Below are positions 22,070 through 33,825 of a stretch of DNA of 64,000 bases, piece by piece. The translations under genes were made by a program, and so were the position numbers. This DNA comes from Hyaloraphidium curvatum SAG 235-1 (Eukaryota; Fungi; Monoblepharomycota): contig JAIVFI010000004.1 of the NCBI GenBank assembly GCA_025558095.1, positions 558,001-622,000 of the forward strand, written 5' to 3'. The notes below the pieces were generated by a model that did not search any database, was not told the origin of the DNA, and saw only the letters and a list, made by a program, of their open reading frames with translations. The first letter of the stretch is position 1. The number at the start of each line of letters is the position of its first letter.

Positions 22070-24005
22070 ATCTCATCTTTCAAGCAGCAGCAGCAGCCGA
22101 GGACGTGAGCGCCGCGGACTTGCGCACGCATACGAACTGAAGCCCCGAGTCCCGCAGGCGCTGCGAGCCAAGGCCGGCGAGACGAGCACCGGTAGCGGGG
22201 GCGTGGGCGGGATGGTTGGCCGGCGGAGGATTGGCCGAACATCCAGGGACTTAAGGACGTTGTTTGGGGGGAACCGGTGGGCGGGGCGTGTCGAAGGATG
22301 GCTGGCGCCGCATCCAGGGCTGGGTTTGTTGAGGGTCGCGAATAAGAGCTCGTCTCGCGAGGTTGAGGCGTTGTTGCGAGTTGCCCGCGGCCGGCGGGGA
22401 CCGGCGTCACCCACCGGATCGACTCTCCGGCCTCTCACTGCTGCCCGGGGCGCTCGTCCGTATTTTTCCCGGCGCCCCGCACCGCGCCCATGGGGCTGCC
22501 GGGCACGCCGGGCCGAATGCCGCGTCCAGCGTCGGCGGCGGGCGGACCGGGCGCGGACTGTTTGCGCGGTGTTCCTCTCGGCCTGTGCGCCCGCAGGGAC
22601 GCTGCGGTCACGCTGGAAGGCCAATTCTGCGGCCCGTTTGGCTCGGAGCGTGGACGGGCGGGGGAGACCACGGGCGCCTGCGGATGGTTCCCCTTCTCGG
22701 CCGGCGCGGATTGGAAACTGCAACTGAGGACCGGGCATCCCCCTGCCGGCGCTGCGGGGACCCGCTGCTCGAAAGCAGCCTCCCGTGGTCCTCCGTGCGC
22801 CGCGCTCCCTTGCTCGGCGGGTCTTCTGTTTCCGTGTTCTCTTGCTTCGAAGGCCGAACTCCTCGACAGGCAGAGCTAGGACGAGCTGACCCGCACTCAT
22901 CCTATCGGACTCAAGGTGGACACGGACTCGCGCTGGAGCACGCCTGGGCTTTCTTGATGGTGCTGCGGGACAGCAGGAGATGATGTTCTCGTGGTTTTCG
23001 CGGCCAGCAAGGATCCCGGCCTGGCTTCGTCGAGCGCGACCTGGTCCCACCCCTCAACCAGCGCTCCTTCGGCTCGTTGCCGCCGCCCACATTGTTCTGC
23101 ACTGCGGACGGAGTATTTCATGTGCCGTACTTCGAAGGAACGCTATCCTGTGCTGAGTTGGCCGGCTTGCTTGAACTGGCGAGCCGCCGTACCTTCTGGA
23201 TCACATGCCCGTCCCCTTGTCGGCGCCGCAACGGGATGGGGACGTACGAGAGTGTTATTGCCCTCGGGCATCGACTCGGACTTGGTTTGCTCGCTTTCCT
23301 TGGCGTTGGACGACTCGCACCGTTTCAAGGATTGACCTTCGCGTCCCGGCTCACCCCCGAATCGCTCCGGAGCCCCAGCGGATCCCTGTTCTGCTGCTCC
23401 GGAACGTATTCGTCGGTGTTTCGATGGCAGTTTGTTATGCCGGTGCCGGCGGCCGCGTCGGAAACGCGGGTGTGCCGCGTGAGCGACGAACCATTTTGCA
23501 GTTCCCGACGGACCGATGCACGATCTAGCCCTAGGGATGCCGGCCAGCACCGTGAACGGATGACGATGGCGGATGCGGCCTCAGCCTTGCCCTCGTGCGG
23601 GGTGTGCAGAAGCTCGATGGGCGGAACCGGTGGCGGGGTCGGGTCCCGGCCCAGGTTCGGCCCCGGCCGGCCGTGCAGCGAATCCGCCGCCGACGACGCG
23701 CCGGCCGGCCGGCCGCAGCCTTTGGCGCCTCTGTGGACGGGGATCGAGAGAGATTCGGCGTGATGCGAGGGGATGTTGGGCCGATCATGTCTCCCCGCCA
23801 CACAAACACACGCGTTTTCCCGCCGGGCCCGGACATGCGGGGGCCGAGCGGCGCAAGCCGCTCTTGCGTCTGCCACCACATTCGAACCGAACCGCCGGAC
23901 GCGCCCCGTCCGCCCGCCCGACGCCGCACCGCCGAGGTGAAGTGCAACGCGGCTCGCGTCGCGCCCGCTGACCGCCCCGCCGCAGCCCCGCACGCACCGC
24001 ACGCC

Positions 24006-25292
24006 ATGGTCGCCGGACTCATCGCCGGGGCCGCCAAGGCCGTCCTGGGCGGAGGCGGCGGCGGAGGCCCGAGCGCCGCCCCGACGTCGGTCACCACGGC
24101 CACGCACATCCACAACTACGTGTACGACGTCGGCAAGTCGACGGCCGAGGTCCGCGTGGCCAACGAGGGCGCCGTGACCGGCCAGCAGGACGCCGCCGTC
24201 TCCAACCGCCAGGCCGCCGACGTCTCGGGCTCGCAGCACGGCTCCGTCTCGGGCTCGCAGTCGCAGGCCGCTGACTTCTCGCAGGCGGCCTCGGTCGAGG
24301 CGTCGCTCGCCAACACGGCCACCAACACGGCCCACGGCGGCCACGCCACCGCAGACGCGCAGGCCAAGGCGCAGCAGAGCCAGCACCAGGGCCAGCACCA
24401 GGTTCAGCAGCAGAGCCAGCGTCAGGCGCAGGCCCAGCACCAGGCCCCGCCGTCCGAGGGCGGCCGCGCCCCTGCTCGGGCGGACGGTGTGCTCAGCGCC
24501 GCCGACGAGGAAGCCATCGCCGGCCTGTTCCCCGCCGTGCAGGGCGTCGGCGACCGGGTGAGTGCGGCGACTCCTGGCGCCTTACCGGCCATGCTGATGC
24601 AGTGCTCCGCGCGACAGGTCACCGCCGTCGAGGGCGAGCTCCGGACCAAGGACGCCGTGGTCGGTGCTGCTGCTGCTACCGGCGTGTGCGGGCATGCTGA
24701 TGTCTTTCCCGCGGCAGATCGCCACGCTCAGCGAGACGCTTGCGGCCGTCGAGCGCCGCCTCGCCGAACTTGAGGCGCAGAAGACGGCCGACGCCGCGCT
24801 CCAGGCGGCTCTGGAAGCAGGCGCCGCCCAAGCCGACTCCAGGATCGGCGAGCTCTTCGCCACGCTCCAGCGGATGGAGGCTCTTCTCGCTCAGGTGTTT
24901 GTGACGGACGGGCCCGGTGAGCAGCGCCCCGACTCCCCTGCGACTGCGACTGATGGAAGCATCCCGCTTCGTGCAGGCCGCCGCGTCAAAGCCATCCTCT
25001 TCGACGTGGTCAAGGCCCTCCGCGTCGAGCTCAGGAACTTCGCCATTCAGCCCTCCCGGGTCAACCCCACCGAGCACCTCGAGATCTCGCAGGTCCGCAC
25101 CGCGTCGGGCAACGCCACCGAGTTCCCCATCGTCCTGTTCGGCGGGCTCCTCGGCGGCATGCCTAAGTTCAGGGTCTACCTCAAGGGCCGCGCACCTCGA
25201 GATCTCGCAGGTCCACACCGCGTCGGGCAACCCCACCGAGTTCCCCATCGCCCTGTTCGGCGGGCTCCTCGGCGGCATGCCTAAGTTCAGGG
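24006..25292 (+). pseudogene. Array gene A copy A6, C-terminally disrupted
   Basis: A 118-bp-period duplication (25075 vs 25193) frameshifts the head domain (stop at 25284). The native C-terminus and first part of the spacer are deleted. Confidence 0.8.
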
Positions 25293-27072
25293 CGGGATGG
25301 GCTGCGCATCCAGGGACTTAAGGACGTTCCTTGGGGGGAACCGGCGGGCGGGGCGTGTCGAAGGATGGCTGGCGCCGCATCCAGGGCTGGGTTCGTTGAG
25401 GGTCGCGAATAAGAGCTCGTCTCGCGAGGTTGAGGCGTTGTTGCGAGTTGCCCGCGGCCGGCGGGGACCGGCGTCACCCACCGGATCGACTCTCCGGCCT
25501 CTCACTGCTGCCCGGGGCGCTCGTCCGTATTTTTCCCGGCGCCCCGCACCGCGCCCATGGGGCTGCCGGGCACGCCGGGCCGAATGCCGCGTCCAGCGTC
25601 GGCGGCGGGCGGACCGGGCGCGGACTGTTTGCGCGGTGTTCCTCTCGGCCTGTGCGCCCGCAGGGACGCTGCGGTCACGCTGGAAGGCCAATTCTGCGGC
25701 CCGTTTGGCTCGGAGCGTGGACGGGCGGGGGAGACCACGGGCGCCTGCGGATGGTTCCCCTTCTCGGCCGGCGCGGATTGGAAACTGCAACTGAGGACCG
25801 GGCATCCCCCTGCCGGCGCTGCGGGGACCCGCTGCTCGAAAGCAGCCTCCCGTGGTCCTCCGTGCGCCGCGCTCCCTTGCTCGGCGGGTCTTCTGTTTCC
25901 GTGTTCTCTTGCTTCGAAGGCCGAACTCCTCGACAGGCAGAGCTAGGACGAGCTGACCCGCACTCATCCTATCGGACTCAAGGTGGACACGGACTCGCGC
26001 TGGAGCACGCCTGGGCTTTCTTGATGGTGCTGCGGGACAGCAGGAGATGATGTTCTCGTGGTTTTCGCGGCCAGCAAGGATCCCGGCCTGGCTTCGTCGA
26101 GCGCGACCTGGTCCCACCCCTCAACCAGCGCTCCTTCGGCTCGTTGCCGCCGCCCACATTGTTCTGCACTGCGGACGGAGTATTTCATGTGCCGTACTTC
26201 GAAGGAACGCTATCCTGTGCTGAGTTGGCCGGCTTGCTTGAACTGGCGAGCCGCCGTACCTTCTGGATCACATGCCCGTCCCCTTGTCGGCGCCGCAACG
26301 GGATGGGGACGTACGAGAGTGTTATTGCCCTCGGGCATCGACTCGGACTTGGTTTGCTCGCTTTCCTTGGCGTTGGACGACTCGCGCCGTTTCAAGGATT
26401 GACCTTCGCGTCCCGGCTCACCCCCGAATCGCTCCGGAGCCCCAGCGGATCCCTGTTCTGCTGCTCCGGAACGTATTCGTCGGTGTTTCGATGGCAGTTT
26501 GTTATGCCGGCGCCGGCGGCCGCGTCGGAAACGCGGGTGTGCCGCGTGAGCGACGAACCATTTTGCAGTTCCCGACGGACCGATGCACGATCTAGCCCTA
26601 GGGATGCCGGCCAGCACCGTGGACGGATGACGATGGCGGATGCGGCCTCAGCCTTGCCCTCGTGCGGGGTGTGCAGAAGCTTGATGGGCGGAACCGGTGG
26701 CGGGGTCGGGTCCCGGCCCAGGTTCGGCCCCGGCCGGCCGTGCAGCGAATCCGCCGCCGACGACGCGCCGGCCGGCCGGCCGCAGCCTTTGGCGCCTCTG
26801 TGGACGGGGATCGAGAGAGATTCGGCGTGATGCGAGGGGATGTTGGGCCGATCATGTCTCCCCGCCACACAAACACACGCGTTTTCCCGCCGGGCCCGGA
26901 CATGCGGGGGCCGAGCGGCGCAAGCCGCTCTTGCGTCTGCCACCACATTCGAACCGAACCGCCGGACGCGCCCCGTCCGCCCGCCCGACGCCGCACCGCC
27001 GAGGTGAAGTGCAACGCGGCTCCCGTCGCGCCCGCTGACCCACCCGCCGCAGCCCCGCACACGTCGCACGCC

Positions 27073-28466
27073 ATGCTCGTCGGAGGAAGCTTTGCTCCCG
27101 CTACCGCTCCCGTCGATGGCTCGTCCGCCCCGACGCCGGCCCAGCCGACGACGATAAACGTCAACGTCACCTTCCAGGAAGTAGGCACTGGCGTGGACAG
27201 CCGCCTGGCAAACGACGGCACGCCGACCGACCACCAGGGGGCAGCTGTGGACGACCGCACACGCTTGCAGGTCGCCGACGCCTTTCCGACCGCCTCGACC
27301 GAGGTCACGCAGGCCACCACGGCGACCAACACCGCCCTCGGCGGCCGCGCGACCGTGTCCGTCCAGGTTACGGTCCATCTGGGTCCGCCGCAGGCCCAGC
27401 TGCAGAGCGAGCTGCCGGACCAGTGCCAAGCTCCGCCGTCGGAGGCTCGCGGTGCTGCTTTAAGGGCCGACGCCGTCCTCTCGGCGGACGATTACGATGC
27501 GCTCGTCGATATGATGTACGGCTTGGGCCAGCTCAAGGACAGGGTGAGTCGTGGTGCTCGAGTGGCGGTGGCATTGGACGGGATGCTGATTTCATTTGCT
27601 GCGATAGGTCGACGACGTTGCCGCCGAGAATCTGGCCAAGCACGCGGAAGCCGCCGCCCGGGTGAGATCCTCGCTCAGAGCCGTGGGCCGCCGTATTCTG
27701 ACTTTCTCGGCCCGCAGATCGAGAATCTTGCTCGTGAGCTCGAGGCCAAGAAGCTTCGCCTTGCCGAACTCGAGTCCGAGATGCAGGACCAATTGGCCCG
27801 GTGCGGCGGCTTCCCCATCCAGCCGTCGCAGGTTGACGACAAGTTCGAGCATCTGGAGGCCAATAAGCGCGCCACATTGCGCCGTGATCTGGATCGACAG
27901 CTTGCTCTCTTCGGCCTTCATGTTGTCGGAGACATGGTCGTCGTCGACGACCGTTCAATTCCTCGTGCCAACAACCTGGCCCCTCCAGTGGCCCCGGCCG
28001 TGATTCTGCCTGACTTGTTTGAGCACCTGACGGCCTTGCTGCCCATCCTCCGCGACCAACCTGTACAGCCCTCGCATTTCGATCTGAGGGAAGCTGAAGC
28101 TAGGCGTGATGCCTCGCCCACTCGTTTTGGCGACGTCTCCCTGGATGAGGGGCTGGGCTCATTTGAGCACGCGAAAGCGAAGTGGGACCCATGTCTTGCA
28201 CTCGCGAGATTAGCAATCCTACTCACAAAGCCTTTTCTGGCTTTTCCAACAGCATCGCTACCAAGCCTACTTCTAGCGTACCGACCTGGCTCCTCAAGCG
28301 CAAGTGGCGTGTTGATGACCCCTTGGCCCCTCTCTATGACAGCTTCGCCAAAGCCCTTGCACCTGCACCGGCCGACAGCCCGGAGACTGATGCTCTTAGT
28401 GTCACTTGCATGGGCAACAGCGGGGCACCTGAAGACCACGACCCCGATTCGTTCAGCGATGCCTAA
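27073..28466 (+). CDS. Array paralog B, long copy B2
   Basis: Introns 27544-27607, 27662-27717 and probably 28182-28252 (then stop at 28466; unspliced stop at 28497). Contains FPIQPSQVDDKFEHLE..QLALFG, which aligns to A's FAIQPSRVNPTEHLE..PIALFG. Confidence 0.7.
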
Positions 28467-28935
28467 GGTAGCGACTGACGCTCCACCGGGATTCTAATCT
28501 AACTATTCACCTGCCGGTCTTCGCCCATGCAGGAGTCTAAAGCTGTAAATATGCCCGCATAACGTCAATGCAGTCTTTTTTTGTCCGTCGCTTCTCCGTT
28601 TGTGCGAATTGGTTGGTTTCCTATTGTGGTCGCACTGCATAGTTACCATCGTGTCTGTCCATTTCTTATGCGGAGATCACGCGGATGTCTGGCCTCATTG
28701 GTCTTTTGCCCTACCAAGACGTGTGCCAAGATGCTGTGTGCGCCACTGTTCGACCGCGCGCCCTGGAAGTCGGGGCACGAGGAGGCCTGAAAACCGCAGC
28801 TCCACTTCGTTCCAGGGCATGGCGGGGCACATGAGGGATGGTTAACCTATCTCGCAGATTTGCAATGGCTTCAGCTTTGCGTGGGTTCTTTTGCTCTCCA
28901 CAATTTTTGCGATCTATTTCCGACCCACTCTCTCT

Positions 28936-29394
28936 TCAATCATCCCCCAACGCCTTCACCATCTTCCAGGACTCGTCCATCGTCTCCTCGAACTCCATCG
29001 TCGCCTCGAACCCCGCGAGCCACCACGGCAGCACAGCCGCCCTCAGCTCCCTGAGAAGCCGCCTCACGGCACGCTGCACGTCGTCCGGTCCGCCCGCGGA
29101 AACCAGGTCGCCCAGCGGAAACCGGAGCTTCCTCGTCAAGTCTTCGACGGCAAAGAAGACCCCGTACGGGTCCGAGGCGCGGCGTTCGGCGGCGACGAGG
29201 TCCGCGAGGACTTCGCCGAGGTCGCGGAGCCCACCGTCGCCCGTACTCATCGCCGCCACCAGGACGGGCGATATCGAAATGTTCTGGATGATGACACGCA
29301 TGCCCGCGATGCGGTCGAGGAGGAAGGGATGCGTGCGGTCGAGGAGGGCGAAGCGCGGGCGCGGGGGTGTGGGAGGCGGGGTGAGGGGAGGCAT
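28936..29394 (-). CDS. Hypothetical 152-aa helical protein
   Basis: ATG-initiated ORF with normal amino-acid composition and GC3 bias; no motif recognised. Confidence 0.55.
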   Translation of the reverse strand: MPPLTPPPTPPRPRFALLDRTHPFLLDRIAGMRVIIQNISISPVLVAAMSTGDGGLRDLGEVLADLVAAERRASDPYGVFFAVEDLTRKLRFPLGDLVSAGGPDDVQRAVRRLLRELRAAVLPWWLAGFEATMEFEETMDESWKMVKALGDD

Positions 29395-30842
29395 CGGGGT
29401 GTTGTCGGTAGTTTGAAGCTCGCCGGCGACGTCGGCAGCGTCGGGGATGGAGGCGACCGAGGGGCGGGAGGGCGTCGGGGCCGCGGACGCTGCGACGGCG
29501 ATGCTGGCGAATGCGGGCGGCGCGCCGCCGTCGGCAATTGAGAAAATGTCCTCGATGCTTGCGATGGACTGATGGAGAAAGCGAATTCAGCGAATGCGGG
29601 GCGGGAGGTATCTGCGCAGCGACGCACCTGTCGCATGGCAGCTGTCACCTGCAGCCCGCGGAAACCGAACGTTGCTCCGGGCCACCGCATCGCGGGTGCA
29701 ACTATCTTGAAGTACACGTCCACTTGCGCCCCTTTGCGGCCGGGCTGCGAGCGGCGCGGGACGGTGAGCTCTAGTCGCGGAACCCTGGACAGTCGGGCAC
29801 ACCTTGGCGCCCATCGCGCGGGCAAAGAGCCACTCCGACGCCGCGGGCATCGACAAAACCGCCATGTCTGCTTAGGTCTTGGCGGGCGAAGCGGGGGAAG
29901 CGGAATTGACTGCCGCAGAGGGAGCGGGATTCGAGCGCGGATGGCGTGTCGGTGCAGCGCCCGCAAGGTCGCCACAATCACCGAGGCGCCGTCTGGCTGC
30001 CGTTCCCGGTTTCGCGGCTCAGATGCCGCGACGGTGCCCATGGTTCCAGAAATAGCTCGTGTTCAGTGCCCGCAGGGGCCGCAGAGGGTGGCGGAACGCG
30101 CAGTGGAGCCGCGCCCCCCGGCCCCGTCCCGCACCTCGCTTGCGGCGGCTTGCGCAGTCCTGGAATCCGACAAGCTTGCCGCGTGCGAAATGGGCCTCCT
30201 TCGACCGGGCCGAAACGGGAGGCGACCAGTGGCGTTCGCGGCAGACCGGCACGCCGACCGCGCGCCCTGCCAATGGCGCGGGCCGCTCATGCTTCTCGGG
30301 CGAATGTCACGTGCGGCATCTCCCAGGATCACAAGGTTTGGCGGAGAGACGCGTCTCCCTGGGCCCGGGACGCGCGTTCGACGTCTTCTTTCGGAACGCG
30401 GCGCTTCCCGCTTGGCAGCGCGGTCGAGCGGGGCACACCAAGCTCGATGGTGCCCCTACATTCGAAGGCACGCGAGATGGGATTACCAGCGCGAAACGGT
30501 TTGATCCGAGGGGATATTTGGAGCGCCGGCGCCGCCTTGATCAAGGGCTGGTGAAGGGGACGGTCGACGTGGTCCAACGCCTCGGATGACCGCCGCCCGG
30601 ATGCGAATCTCTGCCGGATCTGCTTCCCAGGAGCGTCCTCGGCGAGTTCTGGACTCGTTGACTCGCTGCCGGTCGGCCCGGTCGGTCCGGGCATTTCAGA
30701 TAGCCCCGGGCACAGCCACCCGGGCGTCCCGGGGTCGGGCTGGGCAGCACCCGGGCCCCTGTCGATTGCCCCGCCGGCACGTCCCTCGAAATCCCCGGAC
30801 AAAGCAGCTTCCACCCCAGTTCGGTATAAATGCCGCGTGCAG

Positions 30843-31365
30843 CCCGTGATCGGCCAGTGCCCGCTGATGGACGGCTTCGGCGCCGTCATCCAGGCCGTCA
30901 AGTACGCCGGCCTGTGGCACGTCATGAAGCTCGGCTGCCACGCCACCCTGGACATCTTCGCGGCGCTGTTCCGCATGGACCCGCACTTCATCCCCGCGGC
31001 GGGCCGGCCCGGCGAGGTCGCCGCCATGACCTCGGCCGACTCCTTCTCGGGCTACGGCGCCCCCCGAAGGCGTCGACACCCGCGTCGCCGCCAGGGTGAT
31101 CGCCCTCCTCCCCTTCCACCGCCCCGTCTCGGACGCCCGCCGCGTGGCATGCCCGGCCTTCCTCCAGATCTGCGACAAGGAGACGGTGGCACCGATCCCC
31201 GCGGCGCTCGAGGCGGCCAAGCGGATGCCTAGGGCCGAGGTGAAGCACTACGACCTCGGGCACTTCGACATCTACCAGGGGGAGGCGAGGGAGGGGTCGA
31301 TCAAGGACCAGCTGGAGTTCCTGGGCCGCCACATGCCCGTGGGAGCCAAGCCGGCCAAGATCTGA
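30843..31365 (+). pseudogene. C-terminal fragment of a bacterial-type alpha/beta hydrolase, frameshifted
   Basis: VIGQCPLMDG...GEVAAMTSADSFSGY / TRVAAR..RPVSDARRVACP..QICDKETVAP..GHFDIY..DQLEFLGRH. Frame changes at ~31060 with no room for an intron; no upstream GxSxG exon found. Confidence 0.65.
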
Positions 31366-31484
31366 GGCCGCGGAGTTGGGGATGCGGGAGCGGACTGTGG
31401 AGGATGGAGCGTTGCAAACTTGTAGCTGAATCCGCAAATGCACCGATTCTGTTTCAGAAGAACTTCGTACAGTCCAGCGAGCCT

Positions 31485-33825
31485 CTACTTGCCGCGGAGC
31501 TGCAGGATCTCTGGTCCGTCGGTCGCCAACGGGAGGGACACGTGGGATAGCAGCCTGTTCAGCAGGTCCCCGAGCATAGGCTCACCCTTCCACGCCCTGG
31601 CCATGTCGTCGAGAAAGTGCCGGTGAAGCTCAACCTTCGCCTTTGCCTCGGCGGCCAACTTTCGCACTGCAGGATCGGCCACCTTGGGCAGCAGATTGCG
31701 CAGGATCAGCAGCTCGATCAGGGCCGCCTGGAACACCAGGAACATGGCCGCCGGGTGCAGACTGACGAGCTTACGATCCGGCTGGGCGAGGAGGGTGGTA
31801 ACGAGACCGGCCATGGTTTCGGCACTCTCGGCGCACCGCACGAAGGACTCGCTCGCGAGCCAGACCGCGTCCCTGGCCATCTCCTCCAGCCTCCGTGGTC
31901 GGTGCAATACGATGCAGATGCCGTGGAAGAACAGGTGTATGAAGACCGTGTGGTAAGAATGGTCGCGGGCGTTCGCGCCCGGCATCCGCTGGGCCCCCAC
32001 TTTGACCCTTTGCACCGAATCGGGATCATTGGATCGGATGAGCACACGTGATCGGAAGACGGCATCTAGAGCGATGATGCGCCACCAATCCGGCAGCGCC
32101 GCCATCCAGTCCATGAGCGCGGCATCGAGCGTGCGCAACCGCGAGCGCGTAGCGTGCGGGGCATCGGGCGCGAAGGGGTTGATGCCGCCCGCGAGGCACT
32201 GCGAGTGGAAGGCGTGCACCTTGCCGTAGATGTTGACCAGGATGATGTAGTGCGTGAAGCTGCGGCAAAGGGGCATCAGTCCCGGCGAGGGCATCCTCGG
32301 ACGCAACCCACGAGTCGAGCCTCGCCCCCTTTCCGCGGATAGGGTTCAACCTGCTGACAAGATTCTCCTCCGGAGCATCCATCCAAGTGAGTGCATTCTC
32401 GGCGAACTCCTGGAGGTCGCTTTCGGGGAAAACGACGTAGGCACCCCCATCGCCGACTGCACCGTTGAGGGACTTGAGCCCAACCACCTTGGCAAGCTCG
32501 TACGCGTCCGGGATCATCTTCACGTATCCCCCGTCGTCCCCCAATGTGCCTTGCCATACTATCTCGCTGATGGGAAGCCGCAGCTGACACTCTCCGTCTT
32601 TGACCGCGGGCGGCCTGTTGCCCGCTACGGTCTGCAGACGGTCCGTGCCGTATATGGTCCAAAACACGCGGCGCCGCGTCTCGCTGGCCAGGAATCCCAT
32701 ATCCCTGGGCGGCTCCTGGTTGAGCCCGAGCTCGAAGCACACGCGCGTCGCCAGGGACGAATAGATGTACGAGAGCGAGCCCAGTCCACCTGAAGCCATG
32801 GAATAGAGCGTCAGGACATGCAGCGCCTGGGCGAGCGCCAAGCTGGGGCCTAATTCCAGCTCGCGGCCCAGCTCGTCTTTTGCTTTCTCGAAGAACTCCG
32901 CCGCGTTGGCCAGGGGGTGCGGCGAGCTCTTGGCTGCCAGGGCCATCATGGCGTACAACACCACGGGGGGCTGGCGATCGACCGAAGAGAGGAAGGTGGT
33001 TGGCTGAAAGATGCCGCATATGCTGTAGCAGTTTTCAAAGAACGTCACGAGGAGCGACTGCACGAGTTCCGGCGGGTAGGATTCCAGCACGGCGTTCCGC
33101 GAATTCAACGGAAGCGAGAACGTCACGGGGAAGCCCGGCGTTACGGTGACGGGCGGAAGGCGAGCCGCAAGATCCTCGCTGCCACCGTCCGAACGTCCGG
33201 ACCAGGAAATCGAGCCCGAAATGTGGTCGTCGAAGCTTTCGGGGGAGTCCTGGGGGAACAGGTCGGCCAGGGCGTCCTCGACGGAGAGAACCGGTTGCTG
33301 CAGCTGGGGAAGAACGACCGGCGTAAACTGAAGCGGCTGCGCTCCCGTTATCGAGCGGGACATTTGCTCGCTGAGGAGCGACCAGTTCGGGCCGGGCTGA
33401 TCGAAGGTGCCCAGGAGGTCGGGAACGAAGGCGAAGTCCGAAACGGGGGAAAACATCGGAGCGGGCGGCGTGACGGGCGGCTCGAATTGCCTGGGCGCGG
33501 CCGAGAACGGCGCCAGGGCCGCCTCGGCGGCCGGCAGGGGGCTGAACTGGCCGCCGAGCCCCCCTGCGAGCAGCGCTTTGTTGGCCTCCATGTTGGCGCG
33601 GGGCATGTCCTCCAGCATCCGCAGCCGCTTGTGGACCGCGCTCTCGGAGCCCTTTGGCACGCCGCGCTTTTTGGCGACGCGGTCGAAGCGGCAGTCGTGG
33701 GGGCTCCTGCGCGCCACGCACGAGGAGCACGGCTGGTTGCCGTCGCACTTGGTGCGCTTCGTATAGCACGCGTTGCAGGCCTTGCCCGCCGGCCGGGCGG
33801 GCCGCGGCTCCTCCGCGTCCGCCAT
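31485..33825 (-). CDS. Zn(II)2Cys6 transcription factor with fungal TF middle homology region
   Basis: ACNACYTKRTKCDGNQPCSSCVARRSPHDC; ETRRRVFWTIYGTDR. Intron 32260-32311 joins the two ORFs in frame. Confidence 0.93.

Larger units (their letters stand above)
3542..28466 (+). repeat. Tandem gene array, core period 3245 bp (gene plus ~1.9-kb spacer): 6 A copies, 2 B copies, 1 empty unit
   Basis: ATGs of A at 11026, 14271, 17516, 20761 and 24006 are exactly 3245 bp apart. Spacer copies lie at ~4843-6577, 6585-8338, 9094-11025, 12335-14270, 15580-17515, 18825-20760, 22070-24005 and ~25290-27072, differing only by scattered SNPs/indels. Confidence 0.97.

Noticed and set aside
11026-24005. Array as a pure assembly artefact
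   Set aside because: Units carry distinct SNP haplotypes and unique rearrangements. The exact number of near-identical A3-A5 units still needs long-read confirmation.
3542-28466. Array as rDNA, CRISPR, or a transposon/LTR tandem
   Set aside because: No rRNA-conserved motifs, no short repeat-unique spacer pattern, and no transposase/RT/integrase ORF, terminal inverted repeats or target-site duplication seen.
29400-30830. Overlapping 200-310 aa ORFs
   Set aside because: Low-complexity GC-driven translations without motifs; treated as intergenic/promoter DNA.
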